Positions 25,860 to 39,146 of a stretch of DNA of 64,000 bases are shown piece by piece. The stretch is from positions 48,236,001 to 48,300,000 of the forward strand of contig NC_043001.1 in the NCBI RefSeq assembly GCF_006345805.1, given 5' to 3'. The stretch's first letter is position 1. Each line of letters starts with the position of its first letter. Source of the stretch: Octopus sinensis (lineage: Eukaryota). The notes beneath the pieces are model-generated. The model saw only the letters and a list, made by a program, of their open reading frames with translations, was not told the origin of the DNA and did no database searches. A program made the translations under genes and the position numbers.

Positions 25860-26460
25860 GGACATCGTTGAAGGTAACGAGGGACGTGAGGAGGAGGACG
25901 ACGACGACCACGACCACGACGAAGAAGAAGAAGAAAAAGAAGAAGTGGAGGAGGAGGTGGTGGTGGTGGTGGTGGTGGTTGTCGTCGTCGTGAGGAGGAG
26001 GAGGGGATACGAGGGGATGAGAGGGGAAGAAGAAGAAGAAGAAGAAGAAGAAGAAAAAGAAGAAGAAAGTCGACAAGATGGAGGAGAGGTGATGGTGTAA
26101 AGGAGAGTGGAGGGGGGAGCGGTGGAAGAATCTGTGTACGCGGAAGCGGAGGAGGAGACGGTGTGAGAGGGAAGTGGCGGAGGAACAGGAGGAGGACGAG
26201 GAAGAAAAGAAGGGAGAGATAGGGAAGAGGTGGAGGAGGAGTTAACGAGGAGGAAGAGGAAGACCAGAAGAGGAAGAAAAGAAGAAGTAATAAAATAAGC
26301 AGCAAAGAAAGAGCTATGAGGAAAAAGGAAAGCGAACATAAACGGAAAAACTAAAGAGAGGAAGGAAGGAGAGAAAAAGTAAAAAGAAAAGAAAAGAAAA
26401 AGTTTTAAAAGTGGAATAGATAAAGGTAAAACAAATTCCTGAGAAGAAGGAATTGAAAGA
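25860..26460. repeat. Purine-rich low-complexity tract with (GAA)n, (GAG)n, (GTG)n, (GAC)n
   Basis: Direct inspection. Confidence 0.85.
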
Positions 26461-26788
26461 AATCAAGAGGTTTAAGGGAAGGAATGACAGAGAAAAAGAA
26501 AGGCAAAAACAAAATAAGAAGGAAAGAAAAAAACTAGAAGAGAGTCGAACAAATTTAATGAAAGGCGTTGAATTAGACGAGATAAAGTTGTTTCGTATCT
26601 TTTTTCACAGAATTGGGAAATGGAGTGGTTACCGTTGTTATTGCTGTTGTTGCTGTTGCTGTTGTTGTTGTTGTTGTTGTTGTTGTTAAGCAACAAGACG
26701 GGTGAGGGTGATTAGGTGATGGTCTTGGGCTTAGGGGCGGGAGACCCCAGACCTTGGGAAAAAAAAAACTTTGGTCGTCTTGTTGTAG

Positions 26789-26918
26789 TCGAGGGCGCTT
26801 CGTTGACGCCCGACACCATTGGGATGTGACCCTCGAAGTCGCTGGAAGTGGAGATCTCCAGGACCAAATTCTTGAACGGCTGCTATAGTTGCTGATTTGC
26901 CCGTGGTCAGCTTTCCGA
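26789..26918 (+). other. Candidate non-coding or UTR exon
   Basis: CpG-rich unique island bounded by acceptor TCTTGTTGTAG and consensus donor GA|GTAAGT; all three frames contain a stop. Confidence 0.3.
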
Positions 26919-27706
26919 GTAAGTAGATATATGACAGCATGTGTGCATGTGCGCGTGTGTGTATCTCTGAGAGAGAGAGAGGGAGAGGGAGAGAGAGAGA
27001 GGGCGGAAGGGAGAGAGTGTATGTGTGTGTGTGTGAGAGAGAAAGAGAGAGTGTGCGTGTGTGTGTATGTGTGTGTGTGTGTGTGTGTACGTGTGTGTGT
27101 GTGGTGTACGTGTGTGTATACGTGTATGTGTGTGTGTGTATGTTGCTATTGTTGTTTCACCCATGGTCAGTCTTGATTGATCTGACCATTGACCAAAGGC
27201 ATTCGAATCATAGTCATCCGTCTTTTTTCTTCTTTTCCTGTTTCCTTTTAATTTTTCTTTCTTTTTTTCCAACATCCAGAGCTCCGAATTAGCAGAATCG
27301 TTAGCGCATCCGATACATTGCTTTGCGCTATTTGTTCTATACCAGCTCTGGAACAGTAAACTCTGTGTTTAAATCCCACCAAGATCTTTTGACCTTTCTG
27401 GTGACACCAAATAAAATACCCCTTAACTACTGTGGTTAATCCAATCGACTAACATGCCATGCTCTTTCCTAAATTACTTGCCTTATGCCTAAGGTAGTAA
27501 TCATTATTTACGGCGGTGGAATCGTAAAATCTTTAGGGCGTCGGTCGAAATATTTTGCTGTATTTGTGCCGGTTCGTTACGCTCTGACTTCAGATACCAC
27601 AGAGGTCAGGTTTGTCTTTTTTATGTTTCTGGGGCCAATAAAATACCGTATCAGAAAAGTACTGTGGTTGATTTAATCGGCTAGCCCTGTGCCCACGTTA
27701 GAACAA

Positions 27707-27995
27707 CTCTTCTTCTTCTTCTTCTTCTTCTTCTTCTTCTTCTTCTCCTTTTCTTCTTCTTCTTCTTCTTCTTCTTCTTCTTCTTCTTCTTCTTCTTCTT
27801 CTTCTTCTCTTCCTCCTCCTCCTCCTTTTATTTTTCATCATCATCATTATTTCCTTCTTCTTCTTCTTCTTCTTCTTCTTCTCTTCCTCTTCCTCCTTTT
27901 ATTTTTCATCATCATCATTATTTCTTCTTCTTCTTCTTCTTCTTCTTCTTCTTCTTCTTCTCTTCTTCTTTTCTTCTTCTTTTTTTCTTCTTCTT
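27707..27995. repeat. (TTC)n microsatellite complex
   Basis: Direct inspection. Confidence 0.95.
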
Positions 27996-28329
27996 CCTTT
28001 AGTTTCTTCTCTTTTTCCTTCACCTCTGCAAAAAAAAAAAGACAAAGAAACAAAAAAACCACATCAGAGTTACTTAAATTTAATAGGGTGTTTTTTTTTT
28101 TAATATTTTCTTGTTAGAAGGGCATGGTCCATCATGAGTTCATTCTCTGTTCAAACGATAAATAAATATAACCTGAAATATTTGACAGTGTCACATTGAA
28201 GGATGGGCTAGCCTAGAAGCAAAGGTAAACAAAACATTGATATTGTCCCAGTGACCACGCACTAACTCTATTAGCAGAGCATGAAACCACACTTACCTCC
28301 CAGCGGGCCAACCCTCAAGATTATTCTTT

Positions 28330-28368
<39 letters not shown>

Positions 28369-28969
28369 TATATTTATATATCTATCTATTTATTTTTATC
28401 CGGTGTTGAAATCTACGCTCAAAAGCCGTCAATTTCAGACAATAGAAAAACGTGTGTCACACAAACACATCACACAGGTCCACGGATGAGTAGACACGCC
28501 CAGGTGCCACGTAAATTAATTCTTCTACTTAAGGTTTAAATAAGGTTTAAATATCTCGGGGGTAAACTCGGCAAAACAGGAGACGCTTGGATGTCCTACA
28601 AATCTCACGGCCTCTTCCCTTTCTGATATGACTCATCACTGATTCATAGAAACGAAAATATAATAAATAAAATATATAATAAATAAAATAAAATTACTCT
28701 TTTGTTCTACTTTTAATTTTGTAAAATGTCCAGTGGCCTTTCTTCTGGTTTCCCCCTCCCGTCAAAATTGGAGCCATTATTTTGAAAATGGTAGATTCGA
28801 TATTTTTATAGAACCAATTTTTATTAAGTTTCATTAAAAGAAGCCTTATCTCACAGATGTCTTAGAATACTGTTTTTTCATATTTCGAGGAACTATGATG
28901 ACCATCAAAATCCACTTGGTGAAACAGCACCTTTAAATTATAGAAAGGTTTCATGTATATATATGATCT

Positions 28970-29145
28970 GGTCGAAGAGCAGGCAAAATCGCTAGCACGT
29001 CCGGCAAAATACTTAGCGGTATTTCAACTTCCACCGAGGTCGACTTTGCTTTTCATCGTTTCTAGGTCGATAAAATAAGAACCAACCCTCGACTTACCCC
29101 AATGCCCGAACTTGCTGTCCTTGTGCCAAAATTTGAAATCAATAT
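28970..29145 (+). mobile_element. SINE copy with internal deletions
   Basis: CTTAGCGGTATTTC..CCACCGAGGTCGACTTTGCTTTTCATC matches the family of 25030-25259. Confidence 0.65.
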
Positions 29146-29406
29146 TAAGTAGATGTGGAAAAGTGGAAGAAAAAATGAGTTTGTCCATAGAGTAAGAAGA
29201 TCGGTGGGGTGGTAACAAAGGTTGATTAGATTATACAAAAATACTTTTGGCTGAAGGGCGGAGGGTGAATATTTAGGTGTGAACAGATGGATATTCAAAG
29301 GATATGAACGTACAGTAAATCACATTCTGGAAATAGAGAGAAAAAATTAAACGGTCGTGTAGCAACTGACATTGTCGGACCTAAGTAATCTATCTACCTC
29401 GTTGAT

Positions 29407-29469
<63 letters not shown>

Positions 29470-30285
29470 TCCTTAGACCGAAGTCAGCACTGGTCGAAAA
29501 GACCATCCCGTCTTTTTAACATATGTACAGGAAACCTAGAGTCACATCATCCAATGCATCCTTTTCGAAGACAATGGCGAGTGGGTTTGGGGAATGGGAA
29601 TTTAGCTGACATTTCCAGCACATCGAGTGACCACGTGATGACTTAGTCTTTGTTAGCGGTGCGAGAGGGGGAGAAAAATCAGAATTATAAATCTCTCTTC
29701 CTCCTACGCTGTAAATTTCTAATTTAGAAACTATATATAGAAGACAATAAATACAACACACATGCATGTAGAAATTCAGACAACACTTACATACGCTTAT
29801 ACATAAGCACGCCGACACACTAAGCCCACTTATTCCAACAGGAGATTTCATAAGTGGAAAAGAAGAATTAGTAGAGAAATGAGGAGAGGAGAAATCCAAG
29901 ATAAAAACTCTCTCTCTTTCTCCATTTCTCTTCCTCTCTTTCTCTCTCTCTCTTCCTCCATCTCTCTTTCTCTCTTTCTCTCTCCCTCTCTTTCTCTCTC
30001 TCTCACTCTCACTCTCTCTCCCCAAACTTAGATGTTTTATATATATATATAACCTACATAAGAGACATACATGCATGTATGTATATGTTCATATACATGG
30101 TCATATATATAGGTATAGATATAGATAGATAGATACTTATAACCTACATAAAATACGAGCATGCATATGCATGTATATATATATGTATATATACATATAT
30201 GTATATATATATATATATGTATACATACATACACACACACATATATTATATATATATATATATGCACCAACTCTCACCTATATAT

Positions 30286-30319
<34 letters not shown>

Positions 30320-30539
30320 CACACTCACATACACACACTCTCCCTCTCTCACACGCGCGCGAGTGTGTAGTGAACACATACATACGTGTATACAAGCACA
30401 GGTAGATGTTCCCACGCATATGCAAACACATAATAATGCCTACGCGCATTCAAAGTAAAGAGGTGTAAATTGACCGACATTTTAACAAATAGGATGAGAG
30501 AGTGAACGAGAGGCTAGAGGCAGTATTGCATATCCCCCC

Positions 30540-30545
30540 TCTCTT

Positions 30546-30588
<43 letters not shown>

Positions 30589-30627
30589 ATCATTATTCAT
30601 CTGCTTAGACATGTTGATAGATGGTTG

Positions 30628-30676
<49 letters not shown>

Positions 30677-30689
30677 GTAGGTAGGTAGT

Positions 30690-30782
<93 letters not shown>

Positions 30783-30815
30783 GAAGGTAGATATATAGAT
30801 AGATAGGTAGATAGG

Positions 30816-30895
<80 letters not shown>

Positions 30896-31168
30896 CAGAC
30901 TGAGAGACAGAAAGACAGAGGGGTAGATAATTAGATAGAGACAGACAGAGAGACAGATGTAGGAGGATGGATAAATAAATTGACAGATAGATAGGTTGAT
31001 ACACATGTATGTGTATGGGTTTTTGCGTCCGTGTGTGTGTGTAGAAAGAGAGTGAGTGAGAATGTAAGAGCGAGTGAGAGAAATTGAGGGAGAGAGAGTG
31101 AGGGAGAGACTCAAACAGATAGATATATAGATGGAAAGAGGAAGAGAGAACAGACAGACCAACAGAGT

Positions 31169-31265
<97 letters not shown>

Positions 31266-31596
31266 GTAGATACATACATACATACATGCGTGCATGTATT
31301 CATTTATACATACATATTGTGAGAACGATAAAAGACGATACAATGATTGGGGATTATGACATGCAGAGGAAGGTGAGACACAGAAAGAGAGATCCTCTGT
31401 GTGTGTGTGTGTGTGTGTACGAGGGAGGTGAGAGTTAATTAGAAAGAAAGACGGAGAATTATAATACTGAAAGAAAATAGGAATATTGTGTGGGAAGATG
31501 GGAGCTAGAATGGTGAATGAAGCAATCAAAGAAAGAGGAAAGAAATTGCAAGAGGAAGTAGTAATACCATGAAGAGAGAGAGAGAGGGAGAGAGTT

Positions 31597-31673
<77 letters not shown>

Positions 31674-32400
31674 GAGAGAGAGAGAGAAGCAAAAAGTGGG
31701 GGATATGTTGGGGGATAAATATGAAGGGAATGAGAATGGCAAGGAGGTGGCTGGGAAGGAAGAGTGTATGAGCGTGTAAGATAGGAAGAGGGAGAGAAAG
31801 AAATAGAGAGAGATATATAGTAGTGAAGATGGTGAAAATGGAAGAGGAAGAGGAAGTAGAAAGACAAACATAAGACAGAAGTGAACAGAGAAGGTGAAAC
31901 GTAGTGGGATCATCTAATGGATGTTGATAAAAATTTTCACGTCCAAGGAAAGAGTCGAAACTCCGAAAGAAAATACAGAAATTGAAATTGATAGTCGTCG
32001 ATGGACAGAGAGAAAAACAGAGAGGCAGATTGACTTACATATTGCAGATAGAAAGAGAGAGAGGGAGAGTGGGGAGAGAGGGAGAGAGGGAGAGAGAGAG
32101 GGAAGAAGAGAAGGAGAGACATACGTTGGTAGGTAGATAGATATATACATACATACATACATACATAGAGAGACAGACAGACAAAATAGAGACAGACAGA
32201 AAGAGAGAATAGATAGATAGATAGCTAGATAGATAGATAGATAGATTGACATACATATGCATGCATACATACATATACATGCATACATACACATATACAT
32301 GCATACATATACATGCATACATACATATACATGCATACAGACAGACGGGCAGACAGATAGACAGACAGACAAACGGACAGACAGAAAGAGAGAGACGGTC
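30540..32400. repeat. Large compound microsatellite field: (CT)n, (GATA)n, (GA)n, (ACAT)n, (GACA)n
   Basis: Direct inspection; explains the 438-aa ORF 30597-31913. Confidence 0.95.
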
Positions 32401-32886
32401 AGGCAGACATAGGCAGTTATGTTTATTTATATAAATTATTGTATATGAAAACAATTGAACATTAAACTGTTAAGTAATTTTAATTAACACAAATGACGAA
32501 GGCGAGGAAATCGAAACTACGGAGTTACTGTCAACTTTTACATTGTCAAAATTTTATATATTATATATATATATATATTCTTTTTTATCCTAGGCACAAG
32601 GCCCGTAATTTTGGGGGAGGGGACCAGTCGATTAGATCTGACCAGTATGCAACTGGTGCTTAATTTATTGACTCCGAAAGGATGAAAGGCAAGGTCGACC
32701 CAAACATATATATATATTTAAAAAAAAGATAAGAGAAAAAAATCTATCAGAAAGGAACTCTATCCCCTTAAAAAAATATCTTTTGATAAGCATAACAAAT
32801 GCGCAGCCGGTAAAAAGAACTTTCACCTAATTAAATACACTCTCCCTTACTTAAATTATTTTGTCAGCATTTTCTTCATTTCTTTA

Positions 32887-32946
<60 letters not shown>

Positions 32947-32954
32947 TGCTATTT

Positions 32955-33420
32955 GGCATAAGCAAATTTTAGGTTAGTTAAAATATGTTTGTGACATAGA
33001 TTCAGCTACTAAAAGTCAATTTCACTGCAGTTACCGTGGAGAAAAATTCTCTCTTATGGTAAAAAAGTGTAAAAACCCCATATCTGTCCAGTGTTGTCAT
33101 CAATCAGGGTTCCCAGACATCGATGTTTCTAGCTCTTTACCCGTATCAATGGGAAATACCTAAGAGAAGCCACTCGGGATAGAATTTATCAAAGCATAGC
33201 TTTTAATAAAATACAGTCAACGACATTAACTAATTTGGGCATGTAGACAGCCGAGTTTGTGGAAATTGCCATAATATCAACATCAAGCTGTGTTTAGGCA
33301 TAAGCAAAGTTTAGTTCAGTTAAAATATGTTTGAGACATATTTCAACTCCTAAAAAAAAAAAATTCACTGCAGTTACCGTAGAGAAAAATGCTCTCGTAA
33401 GGTAAAAGACGTGATAATGC
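32955..33420 (-). mobile_element. Non-coding unit (period ~342 bp) with direct repeats enclosing a hammerhead-like motif (PLE pLTR or retrozyme-like)
   Basis: ~120-bp direct repeats starting at 32955 and 33297; minus strand 33110-33155 TTCCCA-TTGATAC-GGGTAAAGAGCTA-GAAA-CATCGATG-TC-TGGGAA. Confidence 0.55.
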
Positions 33421-33581
33421 ATGACGTATGTAGGGAGTGACAAAGAAATACGGATTGGAATAGAAAAAGAAATGGAGGCGGTAGAAAGACACAAAAACAG
33501 GTGGTTGTGATGAGGGAGTACACGAATACGTACAGACATATGCACAAAAAACAAATATTCATACATACATACATACATACA

Positions 33582-33613
<32 letters not shown>

Positions 33614-34009
33614 CACTATATCTGTACATCTTTCCAGATGTTTATCATTTGAGTATATCTGAGTATGTCTAGATATGCAGCTATATGCATGAGAGTAAAT
33701 ACATACATACATACATACATACATACATACATACATACATGCATACATACATACATACATACATGCATACATATATACAACTATTCCCTGTTGATGTTGA
33801 AATTTCAAACAAGGAGTCTTAGATCTAAGTTAGAAACCGAAACTTTCTCTATTGGCAAGAAATCTTGAAATAAAATTGAACATTGACATACATGCACATA
33901 ATCTCACGTACACATATATGGTCATTCACGAGTCATCCACACCCCAAAATATATAACTCTACATGCACACGGATACTAAGAAGGTAATTCAATTATGACT
34001 TAATTTAAT

Positions 34010-34195
34010 TATATAGTGGTATTTCGGCTGTCTTTACGTTCTGAGTTCAAATTCCACCGAGGTCACCTTTGCCTGTCAACCTTTGTGAGTCGATAAAATA
34101 AGTACCAGTTGAATACTGGGGTCAATGTAATCGAATTTTCCACTTTTTAGAAATTGCTTGCCTAGTGCCAAAGCTTGAAACCAATATATGGCCCG
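34010..34195 (+). mobile_element. SINE copy
   Basis: GTTCTGAGTTCAAATTCCACCGAGGTCACCTTTGCC...GTCGATAAAATAAGTACCAG. Confidence 0.7.
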
Positions 34196-34849
34196 CACAA
34201 TGAAGAATGTGGGAGAAAAGCAAACCTAGAAGGACATGTAGGATCACTAATATGCATATTCTATTATTACTTTATTATCCGTTTCAGCCAGAGGTTTTGG
34301 ATATGCCAGGCCACCGCCATAAAACTCACTTTACGGCCATGACTCTGGAATCGCTCCTAATGAGAGAGCGAATAAAAAAGTTATTCTCAGAGGACTTTTG
34401 ATAATTTATTGAAAAGTTGGTGGTCCTGTAACAATATTAGGTTCTCACTCTGGTCGACATGATGCGATTTTAATACAACGCAGTGACGTCCACTCGGGTT
34501 ATTGGGATAGCTTTCTTTCCGTAAGATGGGTGCTAGAATCTCTCGGATCTTCCATATATATATATATATATATATTTATATATCACTGCATACATTTCGT
34601 ATATTCTCTCTAGGCAGTAGAGTCTCACCTGTTTTATCTACTCCTAGTAGTCCATCTGTTGTACTGAAGTAGTCTTCTTGATATAGCGACGTTGGATTGT
34701 CTCGGGTTCTGTCAATAATTTAACACTTTGTGGCGACCATAATTGGGAACAGAAATGTTCTTCATAAGAACAACATGATTCCATTTTTGTGTGTGTTCTC
34801 AGTGATCTAACATGTCAGTCGGCTGCATAGTATTATTTTCTCAGCACCA

Positions 34850-35560
34850 CAGTCCTGAGGTACACCAGGACATTCGATACAAGTCCTATATACTGAGGCG
34901 AGGCCAATTCATGTCAGCAGGTATACAAAAAATATGTGTGATCCGTACCAAGCGGTTACTTAACACGGTTAAATCACGGACATCAAATGCTTTACTTCTT
35001 TGATGAGAATAACTTCAACCAACACCAAAAGTCTAACAGGAGAAGTGGAAGATGGATATGTGCTGAGATTTCGGAAGTCTCCAGAGTGATAAAAACTAAA
35101 TTTCAGTGAGCACTATTGTTTTAAGAGTGGTTAGTAACGAGACATATCATGCTACCTCACATCTTTCCACAGGATTTTAAATTAATGCCTATTGGATACG
35201 TTGGGGTTCTGGAGACTGTTGTTAAAACCCGAACGTTTGAAGTAGACAATAGAAGGTCATACGTGTGTCAGCAACACTCGGGATTATACCAGAAATCCCA
35301 CGTAATCCAAGAATGGACGTCAGACAATGTTTACCATCATGGAACATTCGACTTGTGTCCTCCAAATTCGTCAGACTTAAATCCTGTGTCGTGTTGCTTA
35401 AACGGAAACCAATCGACATTTTTATAATACCATAATTTCACAGAAGGTTGCTATTTTCAAGGTGATGTCTGAAATAAATAAGGACCATTTAGAGCAAGCA
35501 TATGAACAATTCTGCGCGGATATTGAAGTAGTCATCGTAGCTGAAGCGGATCCATAGAAT
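34850..35560 (+). mobile_element. maT (DD37D-type) transposase remnant
   Basis: DIRYKSYILRRGQFMS, FFDENNF, GRWIC, MLPHIFPQ, RSYVCQQHS, PPNSSDLNP. Confidence 0.75.
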
Positions 35561-35676
35561 AATCTTATCAGAAGCCTTATTAAAACTTATATTACAATAC
35601 ATTGGGTTTTCGCTAGATTAGAATTGTTTATTTAAATTATTAAATATATACTAGAATACCTCAACTACATTGTATA

Positions 35677-35748
<72 letters not shown>

Positions 35749-35828
35749 ATATGTATATGCATAAATGTATGTGTGTGTGTGTATTATTTATGTATGTACG
35801 TATGTATGTATCAATGCATATACACATA

Positions 35829-36671
35829 CAAGGATTACCTAAAAGTGACCAGAAACGTTTCCCGTGGGACAGATGCGGCACTCAGGCATCGGTTTTCCGA
35901 CCCGCGTCGTTCAGTGATGCAGTCCTGTCATGTGATGCATCTATGCTTTGCTGTGTTCCTCCCTTGTTCGTCGATTTTTGCGATGGCTGAATCAAAGGAA
36001 AAGCGTGCTGCCGTGAAATTCTGTTTTCTGTTGGGGAAAATGGTGGCCGAAATAGTTGTCATACTTCAAACAGCTTACAAGCACGCTGCCATGAGCAAAG
36101 CACAAGTTTAGGAATGGTTTCCACGCTTTAAGAATGATCTCTTGCCGCTTGAATACCAACCTCGTTAAGGACGACCGTTCACCACCCAAACGAATGAAAA
36201 CATCATGAAAATTCCTGAACTGATCTTGGAGGACAGTCAACGAACAATTAACGAACTTGATATGACTGGTGTGTCCTGGAGATCCTGCCAACGAATTTTG
36301 AGCTAGGAATTGCGACTGAAAAGAGTTGCAGTTTATTCACGAAAGATCAAACGCAATCACGACTGAATGCGTGTCGTGAACTGAAAGAACAGTTGGAAGT
36401 TGATCCGGACCATTTTTCGAAGGTCATCACAGGTGACAAAAGTTGATGCTACGGAATTTGTGGATGTTGAAGACGTGAAGAAAAAAACGACGGAGGCGTT
36501 AGAAAAGCATCGTTTCGCAAGAGTTCCAGCATTACTTCGAATAGTGGGAAAGGCATCTGGATCGATGCACTGCTTGAAATGGAGAATGCTTTGAAGGCAA
36601 TAAAATTGTAAACATGCAACCTATGTGAATAAAATATTACAAAATTCCGTTTTCTTTTGGATACCCGTTCG
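35829..36671 (+). mobile_element. Mariner (irritans-like) element with most of the DDD domain deleted
   Basis: MAESKEKRAAVKFCFLLGK, GRP, KVITGDKS*CYG, then a jump to FVDVEDVKKKTTEAL...WERHLDRC...GECFEG; weak TIRs, TA flanks. Confidence 0.85.
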
Positions 36672-36735
36672 TAGCTGTATATATATATATATATATATAC
36701 ATATATATGTGTGTGTGTGTGTGTTTGTGTGTGTT

Positions 36736-37078
36736 TAACATATGGTATAATTATAAAAAGGGCAAGTTTTAGCCATTTCTCGGCAGACTGAAAAACAAGT
36801 GATGAACAACTTTAATCGATTTTCGAAACTTATTGGATTCTCATCAGAGGCGTCTACATCATTCTGTCACTCTCCAGAGAAACGAGCAGCTAAACTGTTT
36901 ATAAACTCAACAAATACAGCAGTTACTCTATGAAGGAATTCCTAATTTGCATACCGAAAGTGTTTAACACTTTACAAATACCAACAGCCTGTCAACGGGG
37001 ATCTTGGTCTACACAGTATCAAGGTATGATATAATATATGTGTAACATATGGTATAGTTATAAACAGGGCAAATTTTA
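36736..37078 (-). mobile_element. Non-coding unit (period ~307 bp) with direct repeats enclosing a hammerhead motif
   Basis: TAACATATGGTATA.TTATAAA.AGGGCAA.TTTTA at 36736 and 37043; minus strand CTGATGA-GAATC(CAATAA)GTTTC-GAAA-ATCGAT-TA at 36813-36847. Confidence 0.5.
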
Positions 37079-38341
37079 TACAGAAAGATAGATTATTTGT
37101 TTCAATTGTAGTATTGTACATTTTTGCAGTTTTTAAATGTTCTTTAAAACTCCTTCACTGATTATCTGCATTTGTGAGGTCTACCATGTCTGCATTCTTA
37201 TGTTTTAATCTTCATTGTGTATTTTGTATAACATAATATATCTTAAGATAATTGATAGATAACTTATGGAAAAGTAGCGAAGACAGAATCTGTCAGAGAT
37301 ATATTTATATCATTTATGTTAGTCTGAAGACTGACAAATAATTATTTTATAAACCTCTGTGTGTGTGTGTATGTGTATCTGTGTGTGCGTTTGTTAGTAT
37401 GTATGTAAATATGTGTGTATGTATGATGTATATATGTATGTATGCATTTATGTATGTATGTATGCATGTATGTATGTATGTATGTATGTATGTATGTATG
37501 TATCAATGTATATGTGTGTGTATGTATGTATATATGTACGTATGTACGCATGATCTCTGCCGTAAGGCTTTATTTCCACACGCGCCAGCTTAATTCAATC
37601 CATCCTTAGTCGAAAGACACCTGTTGTTATGTCCTGTTATTATTTTATTGTATTTATTATTGTATTTGTATTTGTGTAACTTTGTCCGTTTTTTCTGACC
37701 TTGTTTTTGTATACATTCGTTGCTGTCTTCCAAGGAATCTAATGCTCTTAGCTTAGTTTTTCCTTGGAGCTGGCCAGATTGGAGCAATCTCAAGAATAAT
37801 CAGCCGAAATTGCGAGGATAATCTGGTGCTTGACTGAGGATAGAGGGCTTCGAATGACCCGTCCTTGTTTTCCTTGTATCATCTATCTGGAAGTTTTGTT
37901 GTCCCTTTTTGTATCACATAGCTGTATGGATGTTTTGCGTTCTTGTTCCATTTTGTATTTTATATATATATGTAATATATGTATGTATGTATGAATGTAT
38001 GGATGTCTGTATATATGTATGTATGTATGTATATATGTATGTATGTATGTATGTAAGTAACTATGTATGTATGTGTGTGTGTGTGTATTTTTTCTTTCTC
38101 TTTTTGTGAGTCTAGTTTTAGTTTGCTGTGCCCGCTTCCCGTAAAGGTAATGAGGCTAGTGTTTTAGTGGCTTTCATAGTTAATTTTTGACTCCTATTTT
38201 TAGCAATCGCTGGTGCTATTTCGCACCCTTTATTTATTAATTCCTCTTTGGTTTTTAATTGCTAGCGAGCCACTAATACTATAATGCATTTAACATATCT
38301 TAATATATTAACATATGTTTTTAGCATCTTCTTGTGTTGAT

Positions 38342-38424
<83 letters not shown>

Positions 38425-39146
38425 TGCCACACCTCCGCATACGTATACACACCTGATGTGTTTCAGTTAGGCCGACAAAGAATGTTTGGTTAATATGCAT
38501 ATGATACGTATGATAATGTTAATAGTCGTATAACGTATATGAATTTTGATTTGAACAGCTCATTAAAAATGCTGGAATTAAATTAAAACCCTGTTTGAAT
38601 TGTTGTCCACTTGAAGGTCTGGTGGGGCCATTGACGAGTGAGTGGAGTAGATTTTATTGTATAAGTGTTTATGGTTTGAAAACATTGATATTCAATCAAA
38701 GAGAGCAACACAATATCCACCTACACTCACATTCAGTTACAATAAAACTACTCAATATTAATGATACTAATGACATTTAAACGGAAAATACTTTAACAAA
38801 AGCGTTAATTCACCGACTATGATTTTTTTTTATGTTTCTCTCAACCCTATTAATAGCAATGTCACCATTCAAGAAAAAGCAAACATTCATTTTGACAAAA
38901 ATATCTTGTTGCCTAAACGAGAATACACATACACGCACGCACACACATACACACATACACTCATACACACACTCACACACACATACATACATGAACCCAC
39001 ACATTTACATACACACACGTACACGAAGACACACATACATACACATATGTAGAGGCACACACAAAAGCACATGCACAAACGCCTACACCACGAAAACCTT
39101 CATTGACGGATGAAAGCAGCTAAACTACAAAGAGAAGCAAACTCAC

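Noticed and set aside
28280-28320. Minus-strand consensus donor GAG|GTAAGT
   Set aside because: No plausible acceptor or exon upstream (only (TAAA)n); an isolated match is expected by chance.
29390-29466. Minus-strand polyQ exon ending in GAG|GTAGAT
   Set aside because: The CAG run abuts a dispersed repeat that carries triplet runs at its other copies too; there is no acceptor or unique coding context.
30597-31913. 438-aa ORF and the many other YI-, CV-, SL- and poly-residue ORFs in the track
   Set aside because: These are translations of microsatellites that lack stop codons in some frames.
37828-37870. Hammerhead in CTGAGGA...CGAATGACCCGTC (related copy near 11675)
   Set aside because: There is no GAAA and no stem II pairing; it is only noted as a probable PLE-terminus-like repeat family.
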